Assembly: GCA_033762915.1 (NCBI GenBank)
Contig: JANRLD010000007.1
Span: 1-64,000, forward strand
Direction of reading: 5' to 3'
Source: Meiothermus sp.
GTDB taxonomy: Bacteria; Deinococcota; Deinococci; Deinococcales; Thermaceae
DNA: 64,000 nt
The position numbers were made by a program, and so were the translations under genes. The first letter of the stretch is position 1, and each line of letters opens with the position of its first letter. Shown here piece by piece: positions 1-10,834 of the stretch. Under the pieces are notes generated by a model, which was not told the DNA's origin, made no database searches, and worked only from the letters and a program-made list of their open reading frames with translations.

Positions 1-237
1 GTTCAGCTTCATACCCACCTCGAGCCGACGGTAGACATCCTGCTCATCCACTACGTTAGGCTCGAGCGCAACAAAATTTGGGCATTACTTGCGCGTCTCT
101 CATTACATTAATGTTATGTCGCGTGACTTTTCCGGCGCCAGTGAAACGCGGCGTGATGTTTAGCCAAAGGCGTAACCGGCGGGATACGCCAATCGTATGA
201 GGTGGGCCGCTTCGAGCCTCGTTTAGAATCTTCGGGT

Positions 238-2058
238 ATGCCTACCACCCTCCCAACCCGCGCCGAGCTGCCCTCGGAACAAAAGTGGAACATCGAAGCC
301 CTATTCGCCTCCGAAGCCGCCTGGCGCGAGGCCCTCGAGGCCGCCAGGGCCGCGATTCCCCGCCTCGAGCCCTTCAAGGGCAGGCTGGGCGAGTCCGCTC
401 AGACCTTGCTGCAGGCCCTGCTGACCCGCGAGGAGCTCGCCCTCAAGGCCTACCACACCGTGATGTACGCCTCTATGCAGCTCTCCACCGACGGGGGCAA
501 CGCCACCTTTTCGACCATGTTGGCCGAGGCCAGGGGGGTGTATGCCGCGCTGGCGGCGGCGGCCGCGTACATCGAGCCGGAATTGCTGGCCCTGGAGCCC
601 GCCCGTCTGGAGCAGCTCATTGCCGCTGAGCCCGAACTCAAGACCTACACGCACTATTTCGAGGCCCTGAACTCCCGCCGGCCCCACGTGCTGAGCGGGG
701 AGCTCGAGGCCGCCCTGGCGGCCGCCTCGGACCCGCTGGGCGCGTTCAGCTCGGTGGCCTCCGCCGCCACCAACGCCGATATGACCTTCAGGCCCGTCGA
801 GTTTGACGGCGAGACGTACGTGGTCTCGCACAGCAGCGTGGGCGAGTGGCTGGTCCACCCCGAGGCGGCGGTCCGCAAGGCCGCCTGGGAGTCGTACGCC
901 AACGGGCACCTGGCCTTCAAAAACACCCTAGCCGGCAGCCTCCAGGGCAGCATCAAGGGCTACGTCTTCAACATTAAGCAGCGCCACTACACCAGCAGCC
1001 TCGAGGCCTCGCTGCAAGGGGGCCGCTCGGTGGACAACATCCCGCTGGCGGTTTTCGAGAACTTGATCGCCACCTTCAGGGCCAACCTGCCTACCTGGCA
1101 CAAGTTCTGGCGGGTCCGCAAGAAGGCCAACGGCGGCGCGCTGCACACCTACGACGCCCCCATCTACGACGCGCCCGCACCCCTAATCCAAAGCCCCAAG
1201 ACCAGCTTTCTCGAGGCCGCCGAGATGATCTGCCGGGGCATGGCCCCTCTCGGTCCGGAGTACGTTGAGCCGATGCGGCGGGGGTTGCTCGAGGAGCGCT
1301 GGGTGGACTGGGGGCAGAACCAGGGCAAGCGGGCCGGGGCCTACAGCAGCGGCTCTAAGGGCACCTTTCCCTACATCTTCATGAGCTGGTCCGACGACCT
1401 CTTCTCGATGTCCACCTTGGCCCACGAGTTGGGCCACTCCATGCACTCCTACTTCACCCGCCGCACCCAGCCCGCCATCCACGCCAGGTACTCCTTGTTC
1501 ATCGCTGAGGTGGCCTCCAACTTCAACCAGGCCCTGACCCGTGCCATGCTGCTGCGCGAGGCCACGACCCCCGAGTACAAGCTGGCCGTCCTCGAGGAGG
1601 CGTTCTCCAATTTCCACCGCTACTTGTTTGTGATGCCCACCTTGGCCCGGTTCGAACTCGAGCTGTACCAGCGCATCGAGCGGGGCGGAGCCATCTCCGC
1701 GCCTTACCTGATCGAGCGCTGCGCCGAGCTATTCGAGGAGGGCTACGGTGGCGAACTGACCATAGACCGCGAGCGCATGGGGGCCAGTTGGATGATGTTC
1801 GGCCACCTATACTCGCCCTTTTACGTCTATCAGTATGCGACCGGGATCGCAGCGGCGAACGCCCTGGCGAAAGATGTGCTCGAGCAAGGCGATGTCGCGG
1901 CTGCGAAATACATGGACTTTCTTAAGGCCGGCGACTCGGTGTACCCGCTGGACGCGCTCAAGATCGCGGGCATTGACATGAGCAGCCCCGAGCCGGTGGA
2001 GCGCGGATTCGGGGTGCTGAAGGAGATGGTCGACGAGTTGGAAAGGCTGGTCGGCTGA
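238..2058 (+). CDS. pepF: Oligoendopeptidase F (peptidase M3B)
   Basis: HELGH zinc motif, AEVASNFN, GKRAGAYSSG and FYVYQYATG; ATG 238 lies 8 nt after TAGAAT (224-229). Confidence 0.92.
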   Translation: MPTTLPTRAELPSEQKWNIEALFASEAAWREALEAARAAIPRLEPFKGRLGESAQTLLQALLTREELALKAYHTVMYASMQLSTDGGNATFSTMLAEARGVYAALAAAAAYIEPELLALEPARLEQLIAAEPELKTYTHYFEALNSRRPHVLSGELEAALAAASDPLGAFSSVASAATNADMTFRPVEFDGETYVVSHSSVGEWLVHPEAAVRKAAWESYANGHLAFKNTLAGSLQGSIKGYVFNIKQRHYTSSLEASLQGGRSVDNIPLAVFENLIATFRANLPTWHKFWRVRKKANGGALHTYDAPIYDAPAPLIQSPKTSFLEAAEMICRGMAPLGPEYVEPMRRGLLEERWVDWGQNQGKRAGAYSSGSKGTFPYIFMSWSDDLFSMSTLAHELGHSMHSYFTRRTQPAIHARYSLFIAEVASNFNQALTRAMLLREATTPEYKLAVLEEAFSNFHRYLFVMPTLARFELELYQRIERGGAISAPYLIERCAELFEEGYGGELTIDRERMGASWMMFGHLYSPFYVYQYATGIAAANALAKDVLEQGDVAAAKYMDFLKAGDSVYPLDALKIAGIDMSSPEPVERGFGVLKEMVDELERLVG

Positions 2059-2085
2059 TCCCAGTTGTCTCCCCTGATCTTGCAT

Positions 2086-2116
2086 ACTCCCTACAGCGGT
2101 TTTTGCTGTAGGGAGT
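2086..2116. repeat. Perfect 12-bp-stem hairpin; possible terminator, and a covarying relative of the family B repeat hairpin
   Basis: ACTCCCTACAGC-GGTTTTT-GCTGTAGGGAGT. Confidence 0.7.
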
Positions 2117-2157
2117 CCATTACCTGCCGCTGCAAGGGAGGTAAGTGTCTGCACAGC

Positions 2158-2290
2158 TGCAATGCGAAATGTCGTCCGCCAGCTCCCGCAGGGGATTGCG
2201 CCTCGGGTAGCCGCTTTGCGGCTATGGCGCACGCTACTTCGCCCAGGCACGTATTTGCCGCTTCCGCCGATTCAGTACCTTTACCCTGGC
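2158..2290 (+). repeat. Dispersed repeat family A, copy 1
   Basis: Closely matches 37155-37329 (TGCAATGCGAA...CTCGGGTAGCCGC...GGCTATGGCGCA...CCCAGGCACGTATTTG...TACCCTGGC). Confidence 0.85.
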
Positions 2291-2760
2291 GCAACTCATA
2301 CCGAATTCTTGTAAACACTGATGTATCAATCGGTCCTGAGTGTCGTTGTAGACGCAAATCCCTCGGAAGCGAAAGGAAGTCTTCACGGCAACTTGGTATC
2401 AATGGTGGTAAACGCGATCACTCAAGCCCAGCGGTCCTTGATCCAGACCGCCACTGGTTCATGGTGCTCGGCGGTGCGGGCCTGGCGACACACCCGCACC
2501 GCCGTGGTGGGGAAGCAGCGTTTGGAGAAGCCGTTCATCGGCTCGAGGCTGGCCCCGCCCTCGAGCAGTTCGGGGCACAATTGGGCAACGGCGGCCATCG
2601 CGCCCGCGGCTACGAGTTCGCGAAGCGGGGCTTGGGTAAAGTTGTGCCAGGGCTTGTTTCAGCTATCCAGACGCCTAAACAGCCTTGTCCTGGCGGGCAA
2701 ACTCGGGCTCGAGCTCAGGGCAGCCGGGCGGGGTAGAGGGTTGGGCAAAGCCGGTCAGGC

Positions 2761-3861
2761 CTATATTCCTATCTCCTCCAGCCGCCCCGCCGCCGCCAGC
2801 CAGCGGATACCCTTGAGCCGGGCGTACTCGAGCAGCTCCACGCGGTTGTTGGTCCAGGCCAACTCGACCCGCTTGCCCTCCGCCCGCAGCTGCGCCGCCA
2901 TTGCCCGGTCCAGCGCCAGCACCTCGGGCGGCGCGGCCCGGGTGGGGAGCCGCAGGGCCTCCATGACCCGCTCGAGGCCCAGCGCGAAGCCCGCCGCCTT
3001 GGGCAGCAGCGCCCCGTCGTAGCGCCCGCCACCCAGCAGCGGTAGGCCGAAGTCGGGCGTGTAGGCCTGGAAGTTCATCCCCGTATAAAAGGCCAGATGA
3101 CGCGCCCGCCCGAGGTCAAGCAGGAGAGGAATCTCGGGCAGCAGGGCCAGGGTGGACTCGAGCCAGTCCAGGTCCGACTGCGCCTTCTGCGAGAGCGGCA
3201 GGCCGCGAGCCTCCTCGAGCACCTCGCGCCCGCCGTAGAGGTCGGGCAGGGTCAGAAGGGCGGACTTGAGGCTGGGGTGGACGCCGTACTCGCCCAGCAA
3301 CTCTTCGAGCTCGGGGCTGTTCTTGCGCTGGATGGCCTGCCGCAGCCGCTCGGTCTGGTCGCCCGGGAGTCGGGCAGCCTCGAGCAAATCCCGCACCAGC
3401 GCGGGCAGCCCGACCTCGATCTTGGCCTCAGCAAAGCCCATCTCCTGCAGGGCCGCCCAGGCCAGCTCGAGGATTTCGGCGTCGGCCTGGGGGCTCGAGA
3501 CCCCGATCAGCTCGAGGTCCAGCTGGGTGAACTCGCGCAGCCGTCCCAGCTCGGCGTTGGCCTCGCGCAGCCAGACCTGGCCCGTGGTCTGCAGCCGCAC
3601 CGGCTCGTCCTGGGGGTAGTTTTTGAGCAGCCCCGCGACCGCCGTGGTGAACTCCGAGCGCAGCGCCAGAACCTCGCCGGTCTTGTCCACCAGCTTGAAG
3701 GAGCGCTCGGCCAGGGTGTGGGCGGGGTCGTAGGCCTCGAGGGCCGGCAACTCTACCGGCTCGTACCCCCAGCTGTACAACAAGTCCACCAGCCGCCCCA
3801 ACAGCTCCCGCCGCAGGCGGCTCTCGGGCGGCAGAAAGTAGCGGGTGCCTTCGGGAATCAT
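2761..3861 (-). CDS. hisZ: ATP phosphoribosyltransferase regulatory subunit
   Basis: [11 protein letters not shown] start, [26 protein letters not shown] and AAGFAL: HisRS-like HisZ motifs. Confidence 0.88.
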   Translation of the reverse strand: MIPEGTRYFLPPESRLRRELLGRLVDLLYSWGYEPVELPALEAYDPAHTLAERSFKLVDKTGEVLALRSEFTTAVAGLLKNYPQDEPVRLQTTGQVWLREANAELGRLREFTQLDLELIGVSSPQADAEILELAWAALQEMGFAEAKIEVGLPALVRDLLEAARLPGDQTERLRQAIQRKNSPELEELLGEYGVHPSLKSALLTLPDLYGGREVLEEARGLPLSQKAQSDLDWLESTLALLPEIPLLLDLGRARHLAFYTGMNFQAYTPDFGLPLLGGGRYDGALLPKAAGFALGLERVMEALRLPTRAAPPEVLALDRAMAAQLRAEGKRVELAWTNNRVELLEYARLKGIRWLAAAGRLEEIGI

Positions 3862-4005
3862 AAGGGCGCGAGGCGGGAGCCGGCAGGTGCAAGAACCGTA
3901 GGGCTTAGGGGCCTGGAATTGGGGCCTGGGATTTCCCAAACCCCAATCCCCTGACCCCTGAGCCCTCGATTCCGGTCTTGCCTCCCGCCTGCCCCGTATA
4001 GCCGT

Positions 4006-4752
4006 TTACTTGGCTTTCTGCCAGATCTTCACCGACAAAATCTTGTCCCGCTTGTCGCCGGAGGCGGGGCTGGGTACCCCCTCGGTCTTGTTGATGGCGT
4101 TGATGGTGTCCATGCCCTCGATGACCTGACCGAAGATGCTGTACTGCTGGTTGAGGAAGGGGGTGGGCTGGAAGGTGATGAAGAACTGCGAGCCGTTGGA
4201 GTTGGGGTCCTGGGTGCGGGCCATGCCCAGCACGCCAGGCTTGTCGTAGTTGAGTTTGGGTGTCACCTCGAGGGCGAACTTATACCCGGGGCCGCCGGTG
4301 CCGGTGCCGGTGGGGTCGCCGGTCTGGGCCATGAAGCCGGGAATGACGCGGTGGAAATAGATGCCCTCGTAGTAGCGGTTGAGCGAGAGGAAGACAAAGG
4401 AGTTGACCGACAGCGGGGCCGCGTCGGCGAAGAGGTCAATTACCACCTTGCCCTTGGAGGTCTCGAGTTCGGCCCGGTAGTCGTACTTCTTGGCGTCGAT
4501 GACCTGCTCGGCTTTGGCGAACTGTGTGGCGCGGGTGGGCTTGGCCTCGAGTTGGGTGTATCCAGACATCGTGTTGGCTCCTTGGGTTTGTGCCAGGGCG
4601 GCGGGGGCTTCGGCAGGGGCGGCGGACTGCGCGGCCTGGGCCAGCGCTGCGGCGGCTTGCCGGTTGGCGTCGTTCTGCGGGTTGCGGGTCAGCCAGAGGG
4701 CTGCCCCGCCCAGCACCGCCACCAGGGCGACGATAATGATGGCATTTCTCAT
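4006..4752 (-). CDS. Cyclophilin-type peptidyl-prolyl isomerase with N-terminal membrane anchor
   Basis: [43 protein letters not shown]; hydrophobic N-terminus; TAGACT 7 nt before the ATG. Confidence 0.93.
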   Translation of the reverse strand: MRNAIIIVALVAVLGGAALWLTRNPQNDANRQAAAALAQAAQSAAPAEAPAALAQTQGANTMSGYTQLEAKPTRATQFAKAEQVIDAKKYDYRAELETSKGKVVIDLFADAAPLSVNSFVFLSLNRYYEGIYFHRVIPGFMAQTGDPTGTGTGGPGYKFALEVTPKLNYDKPGVLGMARTQDPNSNGSQFFITFQPTPFLNQQYSIFGQVIEGMDTINAINKTEGVPSPASGDKRDKILSVKIWQKAK

Positions 4753-5026
4753 CCCGTTTAGTCTACAGGCTGGAGTGAAATTGGGGTGAAAGGCGGCGAG
4801 CGCGGCGAATGCCGGGACGGGGCGAGCCCACAGGTGTTTGGCTGCCGTCCCGCGTTGCTGCAGATCGCTTCGGGTTGCCTGGAGTTCCCACATCCTCCAC
4901 CAAACGACGGATGGGTGGTCCATGATTGTATCTTGACCTACAGCTGGGCAAGTGGGTATTGTTGGCCCTAGCCATAACGGTTCCGTTATGTGCCTATAGC
5001 AAAAAAGTACGAAATAGGAGGGGCTT

Positions 5027-6600
5027 ATGAAGTTATTCTATGCACTGGGCGTCGCAGCGCTGCTGGCTGCGGGCTCGGCCCTAGCACAAGACCGCTCACA
5101 GACCCTGATCTACGGGGGCGACTGGTCGGACCTGATCACCATGGACCCACAGGTCTCCTACGAGTTCAGCGGCGGCTTGGTCACCGACAACCTCTACGAG
5201 ACCCTGGTCAAGTACGAGGGGTCCGACCTCTCCACCCTCAAGCCCGGCCTAGCCGAGAGCTGGAAGGTCGAGCGGGCGGGGGGCGGCGGCTCGCTGGTCA
5301 CTTTTAGCCTGCGCCGGGGCAGCAAGTTTAGCAGCGGCAACGAGGTGACCGCCAAGGACGTGGTGTTCAGCTTCGACCGGGCCATCGGGCTTAAGGGTCC
5401 GAGCTCTTTCCTGTACACCGACATCGCCAGATGAAGGTCGGCTCGGCCAAGGCGGTGAGCGACTACGTGGTGCAGGTCTCGCTGCCCGCCGGGGTTTCCA
5501 CCGGCTCTTTCCTGTCGATCCTGACGTTCAACATCGGCGGGGTGGTGGACAGCGCAACTGTGCAGGCCCAGGCCCGCAACAACGACTTCGGCAAGGGCTG
5601 GCTGGACAACAACTCCGCCGGCTCCGGGCCCTTCCGCCTGGTGCGCTGGGACCGCGGCAATCAGGTGCTCCTCGAGGCCAATCCCAACGCCCGACTCAAG
5701 CCCAAGCTCCAGCGAATCATCCTGCGCGAGATCAAGGAGCCGGCGGTGCTGCGCACCGCGCTGGAGTCCGGCGAGATTGACATCGCCGAGGGGCTCACCC
5801 CCGAAGCCCTGCGCGCCCTGCGCTCCAACAGCAAGTTCCGCGTCCTCACCTCCGATAGCCTGCGGCTGAACTACCTGGGCCTCAACGTCAAAGAAGGCTC
5901 ACCCTTCGCCAACGCCAAGGTGCGCGAGGCCGTGCGCTGGGGCATTAACCAGGCCGAACTGGTCGGCGGCATCATCCAGGGCAACGGCACCGCCATCCAG
6001 ACCATCATCCCTAAGGGCTTGCTGGGCTACAACGGGACCATGACCTATAAGTACGACCCTGTCCGGGCCAAGCGCCTGCTGGCCGAGGCCGGCCTGCCCA
6101 ACGGCTTCGAGTTCGAGTTGGTGACCAGCACCGGCCAGTGCGGCGGGGGTATCCCCTGCGCCGACATCGCCGCCAAGCTCCAGGCCGACCTGGCCAAGGC
6201 CGGCATCAAGGCCAACATCAAGGCCATCGCCAGCGCCGAGGCCCTGCGGATCTACCGCGCCCAGTCCCACCAGGCCTACCTGGGCGGCTGGTCGCCCGAC
6301 TTCCCCGATCCCGACGGCAACGCCACCCCCATGGCCGACTTTGCGGCCAGAAGTCTGGCCTGGCGTAACGTCTGGAACGACGCCACCGCCGCCCGGATGG
6401 CCAACCAGGCTGCCCTCGAGTCCAACGACGCCAAGCGCACTGCCCTCTACAAGCTGCTGACCGACTACATGGTCAAGAGCGGCCCCTTCGTGATGCTCTA
6501 CCAGCCCTCCATCCCGCTGGGCATCTCGGCCAATGTGCAGGGCTACGTCCGCAACGCCCAGAGCCAGGTGCGTTTCGAGAACATTAGCAAGACCCAGTAA
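5027..6600 (+). pseudogene. Peptide ABC transporter substrate-binding protein (family 5, DppA/OppA-like), split by a frameshift near 5430 into 5027-5434 and 5431-6600
   Basis: N-terminal part has signal peptide, NLYETLV and VTAKDVVFSF; C-terminal part has SAGSGPFRL and GWSPDFPDPD; junction GCCAGATGAAG. Confidence 0.75.
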
Positions 6601-6609
6601 GGCCGAGCG

Positions 6610-6665
6610 CCGATAGCTGATAGCTGATGGCGAAGAGCCTATAGCTATCAGCTATCAGCTGTTAG
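6610..6665. repeat. Inverted heptamer array (GATAGCT)n...(AGCTATC)n forming an intergenic hairpin
   Basis: gatagctgatagctgatggc...ctatagctatcagctatcagc. Confidence 0.7.
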
Positions 6666-6678
6666 CCCCCATTCATTT

Positions 6679-7707
6679 ATGCTTGCCTTCCTCGTCCGCC
6701 GCTTACTCTTCGTGGTCTTTGTGGCCTGGGGGGTCACCTTTGCCACCTTCTTCATCGCCAACGTGGTGCCGATAGACCCCGCCATCGCGGCACTGGGCGA
6801 TAACGCGCGGGAGGAGCAGATTCGGGAGTTCCGCGAGCGCAACGGGCTGAACAAGCCGGTCTGGCAGCAGTACTTCATCTACATGGGTCGGCTGCTCTCC
6901 GGCGACTTGGGCCAGTCGCTGCGCACCCAGCGGCCGGTGGTCGACGACCTGAGGGAGTTTTTTCCGGCCACCATGGAGCTTTCCATCTCGGCCTTCGTGC
7001 TGACCCTTCTGATCGGGATACCGGCAGGGATTGTGGCAGCGCTGAACCAGAACAAAACAACAGACCTGACCGTGCGGATCCTGGCCCTGATCGCGGGGGC
7101 CACGCCGGTCTTTTTTCTGGCGGTAATTTTGCAGTACTTTTTGGCCAACCGCTTGGACTTGCTGCCCGTGCAGGGCCGCCTGGACGGTTTTTTGTTTCCA
7201 CCGCCGCGTGTCACTGGGCTGGGCGGGCTGGATGCGCTGATCGACGCGCTGCGGGGCGGCGGGCGGGAGCGCTGGGCGGTGTATCTCGACTCGCTCAGGC
7301 ACCTGATCTTGCCCTCCATCGTGCTGGCCTCATTCTCGGCGGCGATCCTTACGCGGATGACTCGAGCGACGATGCTCGAGGTCTTGTCCCAGGATTTCGT
7401 CCGCACCGCCAGGGCCAAAGGCGTCTCGCAGCGCGTCCTGGTCTTTCGCCACGCCCTAAAGAACGCTGCCCTCCCCATCCTGACCCTGGCGGGCAGCCTG
7501 TTGGGCGGCCTGCTCTCCGGCGCGGTGCTGACCGAGACCATCTTTAGCTGGCCCGGCGTGGGTCGCTACATCACCCAGGCGGCCAGCAGCCTGGACTTCC
7601 CAGCGGTGATGGGGGTGACCCTGTTAATCGGTCTGGTTTATGCCCTGGTCAATCTGGTCACGGACTTGCTGTATGCGTTTCTCGACCCGAGGATTCGGTA
7701 TGCGTGA
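6679..7707 (+). CDS. Peptide ABC transporter permease (DppB/OppB-like)
   Basis: FVRTARAKG EAA-loop, ETIFSWPGVG, AFLDPRIRY. Confidence 0.92.
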   Translation: MLAFLVRRLLFVVFVAWGVTFATFFIANVVPIDPAIAALGDNAREEQIREFRERNGLNKPVWQQYFIYMGRLLSGDLGQSLRTQRPVVDDLREFFPATMELSISAFVLTLLIGIPAGIVAALNQNKTTDLTVRILALIAGATPVFFLAVILQYFLANRLDLLPVQGRLDGFLFPPPRVTGLGGLDALIDALRGGGRERWAVYLDSLRHLILPSIVLASFSAAILTRMTRATMLEVLSQDFVRTARAKGVSQRVLVFRHALKNAALPILTLAGSLLGGLLSGAVLTETIFSWPGVGRYITQAASSLDFPAVMGVTLLIGLVYALVNLVTDLLYAFLDPRIRYA

Positions 7708-8016
7708 GGGCGGGTGGCTCGAGGGTCAAAGGCGATCCCTGCGGCGGGTCTGCCCCCCCGAGGTTGGCCACCCGCTGGTTCGGCGTGCGCTTGTGCGGGT
7801 CTGGGTCGTCCGAGGGTGGGCGAGAACCGAAGGGCGACGTCTCAGCGCGCTCCCCCGTGGAGGTGCAGCTTGGCGTGAGAACGGCCTCAACTCAGTCTGC
7901 CACAAGTCTAAGGGGGGAGTACCCGGCCACGGATTAGCCGCTGAGCGCACCCAAACCCCACCATTCCGTTGCGGGATAGCCTTTGTCCTTTCCCGCAGCC
8001 CCATCCGGAGGCCGCA

Positions 8017-8871
8017 GTGAGCGCCATCACCCCCGCCGGCCGCCCTTCCCGCCCGCTGCGCCGGTTCTTCCGCAACGCCGGGGGCATGATCGGGTTGGTG
8101 CTTCTGGCATTGCTGGTTTTGGTGGCCGCTTTGGCACCGCTGATCTCCGGTAGCCCCGTTGAGCAGGAGATCGCCAACCGGCTCAAGCCCCCCGGCGCCG
8201 AGCACCTGCTGGGCACCGACCAGTTGGGCCGCGACGTGTGGGCCAGGGTGGCCAACGGGGCCGCCATCAGCCTGCGGGTGGGGTTCGCGGTGGTGGTGCT
8301 CTCGGTGGTGATCGGGGTGGCGATGGGGCTCCTGGCGGGCACCCTGGGCGGGGCCTGGGACAACCTGCTGATGCGCGTCACCGACATTTTCTTCGCCTTC
8401 CCCTCCTTGATCCTGGCGATGGCAATTGCCGCGGCCCTGGGGCCGAACTTGACCAATACCGTTATCGCAGTAGCGCTGGTGAGCTGGCCGATCTACGCCC
8501 GGCTGGTGCGGGCCAACGTGATGGCCCTGCGCGAGCGGGAGTTTGTGGAGGCAGCCAGGGCGCTGGGCGGCTCGAGGCTGCGCATCATGTTCCGCCACCT
8601 CTTCCCCAATACCCTGACCCCCATCTTCGTACAGGCCAGTTTTGACGTGGGGGCGGCCATCCTCACCGCAGCCGGGCTCTCCTTCATCGGCTTCGGGGCA
8701 CAGCCCCCCATACCCGAGTGGGGCGCGATGGTCTCGGAAACCCGCAACTACATCGCCGAGGCCTGGTGGGCGCCCACCTTCCCGGCAGTCGGAATACTCC
8801 TGACCGTTCTGGCCTTCAACCTCCTCGGCGATGCCCTGCGTGACGTGCTCGACCCCAGGGGCCGGGACTGA
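8017..8871 (+). CDS. Peptide ABC transporter permease (DppC/OppC-like)
   Basis: HLLGTDQLGRD, EFVEAARALG, PEWGAMV, GDALRDVLDPR; GGAGG before GTG 8017. Confidence 0.92.
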   Translation: MSAITPAGRPSRPLRRFFRNAGGMIGLVLLALLVLVAALAPLISGSPVEQEIANRLKPPGAEHLLGTDQLGRDVWARVANGAAISLRVGFAVVVLSVVIGVAMGLLAGTLGGAWDNLLMRVTDIFFAFPSLILAMAIAAALGPNLTNTVIAVALVSWPIYARLVRANVMALREREFVEAARALGGSRLRIMFRHLFPNTLTPIFVQASFDVGAAILTAAGLSFIGFGAQPPIPEWGAMVSETRNYIAEAWWAPTFPAVGILLTVLAFNLLGDALRDVLDPRGRD

Positions 8872-9110
8872 CCGCGGCTCCCACCAACACCCTGCACATC
8901 CGAGTATCTGCATGCCCGCTATTCCTAGGAAGCGCACTGGGTTGTGCCGGGGCAGGATTGCGGCGTTGGCGCAAGAGGCGCATAGGGGATGACGTGCACT
9001 GGTGCAAGCACTGGTGTTAACGTTTCCGCCTCGAGCTCGGGTTGTTTAAGCAGGGCCGGCCCTTCAAATTTTGCTATACCTGAGGGACTGTAGATCTCTC
9101 GGAGCTTGTC

Positions 9111-10781
9111 TTGCTGCCTCATCACCCCCAACCACCCTCTCAGCATCACCTGGACGTTCGCGAATTGGTGGCCGAGGCCAGCGAACTAGTCAACACCAAT
9201 CCGTTGCGGGGACGGGAGCTGGGCGAGCAGGCCGTCCGGCTGGCGGAGGCGTCGGGCCAGGGGGAGCTGATCGCGGTCAGCCTGCAATGCCTGGGCAGCA
9301 ACCTGTTTTCGCTGGGCGAGTACTGGATGGCCCTCGAGCGCTTCCTGGAGTCGCTGGGCTGGTATCAGCAGTTGGAGCACCCCCAGGGCCAGGCCGCCGC
9401 CTACCACAGCGTGGGGGCGGTCTACCTCCAACTGGGCGAGTACGCCCAGGCGCTCCAGTTCCTCTCGCTCTCGCTGGGGCTGCGGGAGAAGCTGGGCAGG
9501 CCCGCCGCCCTGGCCGACACCCTCAACAACATCGCCATCGCCTACAGCTCGCTGGACGACTTTGAGCGATCTAGAACGTTTCACCTCAGGGCACTCGAGC
9601 TGCGCCAGCAGTCGGGTGACCCCCAGGGCCAGGGGCTGGCCCTCAACGGCCTGGGCTACCTCTACCTCAACCAGGCCCTCCGGGCCAAGGGGGAGGGCGA
9701 CCTCGAGCGCGAGCAAGAGCTGCTGGGCGAGGCCCTGGCGGTGCTGGACGAAGCCCTCGAGCTGGCCCGCCAGACCGGTAACCTGAGGATGGAGGTCTCG
9801 GCCCTCAACAACCTGGCCAGCGTGCACTCCGAACTGGGTCTTCATGCCCAGGCCCTGCACGACTTCGAGGCCGCATACGGGCTTTCCCGCGACCTGGGCG
9901 ACCCCCTGCTCGAGGCCAGCCTGCTGGCCGACATGGGACGCAGCCACTGCCACCTGGGCGATTTGCGGGTGGGGCTGGGCTACCTGCACGACGCGGCGGG
10001 GCTTTTCGAGCAGCTGGGCAGCAAGGACGAGGCCGCCTACGTCCACCTCGACCTTTGCCAGGTGTACGAGCGTGGCGGGGAGTACGCCGCCGCCCTCGAG
10101 CACCACAAGCGCTACCACCAGGGTCGCCTGGCCAGCCAGAGCGAGGCCGCCGAGCGCGCCGCCAGGGCCCTGTCGGACCGCCTCGAGCTCGAGCGCACCC
10201 GCCGCGAGGCCGAGCTGCACAAACTGCGCTACGCCGAGGTCTCGCAACAGAACGCCGAGCTCCAGGCCCGCGCCGAGCACCTCGACCGCCAGGTCCGCCA
10301 GGACAGCCTGACCGGCATCGCCAACCGCCGCTACCTGGACAAGTTCCTGGCAGGCAAGTTTGTCCGGGCCAAGGCCCAGGGTGAGCCGCTCAGCCTGGTC
10401 TTCGCCGACATCGACCATTTTAAAAAGGTCAACGACGGCTTCTCGCACCAGGTCGGCGACGCGGCCCTAAGGCAGGTGGCGCAGATCCTCGAGCAGCACT
10501 GCCGCCCCCACGACCTGGTAGCCCGCTACGGCGGCGAGGAGTTCGTGCTGGTGCTCCCGGGCACCGAGGGCAAGGCGGCCTGGCAGGTCTGCGAGCGGAT
10601 GCGCCTGGCAGTCGAGGCCTTCGAATGGAACCAGGTCGCGCCCGGCCTGCGCATCACCCTGAGCCTGGGCTTTGCCGAGATCGGTACGGTGGATAGCGTG
10701 GAGCGTCTGGTGGCCAAGGCCGACCTCGAGCTCTACCAGGCCAAGCGCAGCGGGCGCAACCAGGTCTCGCCCCGTTTGTAA
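9111..10781 (+). CDS. TPR-repeat diguanylate cyclase (start approximate)
   Basis: TPR-like helical repeats (ADTLNNIAIAY, SALNNLASVH), then DSLTGIANRR, DIDHFKKVND and RPHD-LVARYGGEEF. Confidence 0.9.
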   Translation: MLPHHPQPPSQHHLDVRELVAEASELVNTNPLRGRELGEQAVRLAEASGQGELIAVSLQCLGSNLFSLGEYWMALERFLESLGWYQQLEHPQGQAAAYHSVGAVYLQLGEYAQALQFLSLSLGLREKLGRPAALADTLNNIAIAYSSLDDFERSRTFHLRALELRQQSGDPQGQGLALNGLGYLYLNQALRAKGEGDLEREQELLGEALAVLDEALELARQTGNLRMEVSALNNLASVHSELGLHAQALHDFEAAYGLSRDLGDPLLEASLLADMGRSHCHLGDLRVGLGYLHDAAGLFEQLGSKDEAAYVHLDLCQVYERGGEYAAALEHHKRYHQGRLASQSEAAERAARALSDRLELERTRREAELHKLRYAEVSQQNAELQARAEHLDRQVRQDSLTGIANRRYLDKFLAGKFVRAKAQGEPLSLVFADIDHFKKVNDGFSHQVGDAALRQVAQILEQHCRPHDLVARYGGEEFVLVLPGTEGKAAWQVCERMRLAVEAFEWNQVAPGLRITLSLGFAEIGTVDSVERLVAKADLELYQAKRSGRNQVSPRL

Positions 10782-10834
10782 CGGCCGCGCGTTGTAATTG
10801 ACTTCGCGCTTTCCCCGAAAGTAGCCTTGGGCGG

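Noticed and set aside
1..51. Start of a minus-strand CDS (VDEQDVYRRLEVGMKLN) running off the window edge
   Set aside because: Too short to support or identify
2420..2600. IS256 transposase remnant
   Set aside because: Similarity limited to a few residues seen by eye; no terminal repeats identified
8872..9110. Cognate peptide gene for the first TPR-GGDEF
   Set aside because: Short frames here lack a hydrophobic signal peptide and an RBS
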